Of a stretch of DNA of 64,000 bases, positions 63,086 to 64,000 are shown in pieces (position 1 is the stretch's first letter; each line of letters starts with the position of its first letter). Below the pieces are notes generated by a model that saw nothing but the letters and a program-made list of their open reading frames with translations, searched no databases and was not told where the DNA came from. The position numbers and the translations under genes are program-made. Source of the stretch: the human T2T-CHM13v2.0 reference genome, Homo sapiens; NCBI RefSeq assembly GCF_009914755.1, contig NC_060946.1; one strand, written 5' to 3'.

Positions 63086-63626
63086 AGTAAATATTAATTT
63101 GGGAAAAAATGTATTTCATCTAGCCTTTCAATTTAGGAAGCCATTTTCTATCTCTCAATGTCATTTTGTATCTTAAAACGTTTGTGATTTAAGTCTTACA
63201 AAACTAATTCATTTCTTGGTAAGATTACTTATTCCTGGATATTTATAACTTTTGATCCCACTCTGTATAATTCTCTTTTTATCATTAGATATTCTAATTG
63301 GCTATTAGTAGCAAAAGACAAATAATTTAAAATTGTTCTGTTATGAGGCCAATATAAAGACTCATTTTATTAGTTCTAAGTATTTTTCAGTGCTTTATTT
63401 GTTCCAAGAGCTTTATCCCCCTATGGTTTTTCCTAATATGAAATAATGTCACCTTCATTTCCTTTTTGCCTTATTTTCCAGTTTCTATTTAACTGTGTTG
63501 CAGAAATTCCAGAGCAACAAATTAAATGACAGCACCCATCATTGTCTTTTCTTGATATAAACCGCAACCAGGCTTAACTGTGAACTGTAATATTTGCCAC
63601 TGGTTTGAAAAAGACTAAGGACTCTA

Positions 63627-63958
<332 letters not shown>

Positions 63959-64000
63959 ATATCTTCCTATGGGCATTTTAAAAAAAGCATTTTTAATAGG

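Overview
Human genomic DNA lying entirely inside HIRA (histone H3.3 chaperone, 22q11.21 DiGeorge region), which is transcribed from the minus strand. I mapped 19 consecutive coding exons (6-24 of 25; numbering recalled). All have GT-AG boundaries and join into one open 2,540-nt frame (about residues 133-979) that matches the HIRA sequence as I remember it. Exons 1-5 lie beyond the right edge and exon 25 beyond the left edge. The introns hold about 40 Alus, L1PB/L1M/L2/MIR fragments, Tigger1, MER2B, MER1B, a MER104-like element and a 7SL retropseudogene. Repeat subfamily calls are by eye and their boundaries are approximate. Almost all other supplied ORFs are Alu/L1 or chance frames. I found no convincing new biological system. 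The best leads are: (1) a candidate in-frame 30-nt microexon with a consensus donor in intron 15; (2) a perfect palindromic T-MARE in intron 24; (3) Alu-flanked exon blocks that would circularise into stop-free ORFs; (4) a templated ~135-bp insertion copied from 1.1 kb away; (5) a nested L1>Tigger1>7SL>Alu stack.
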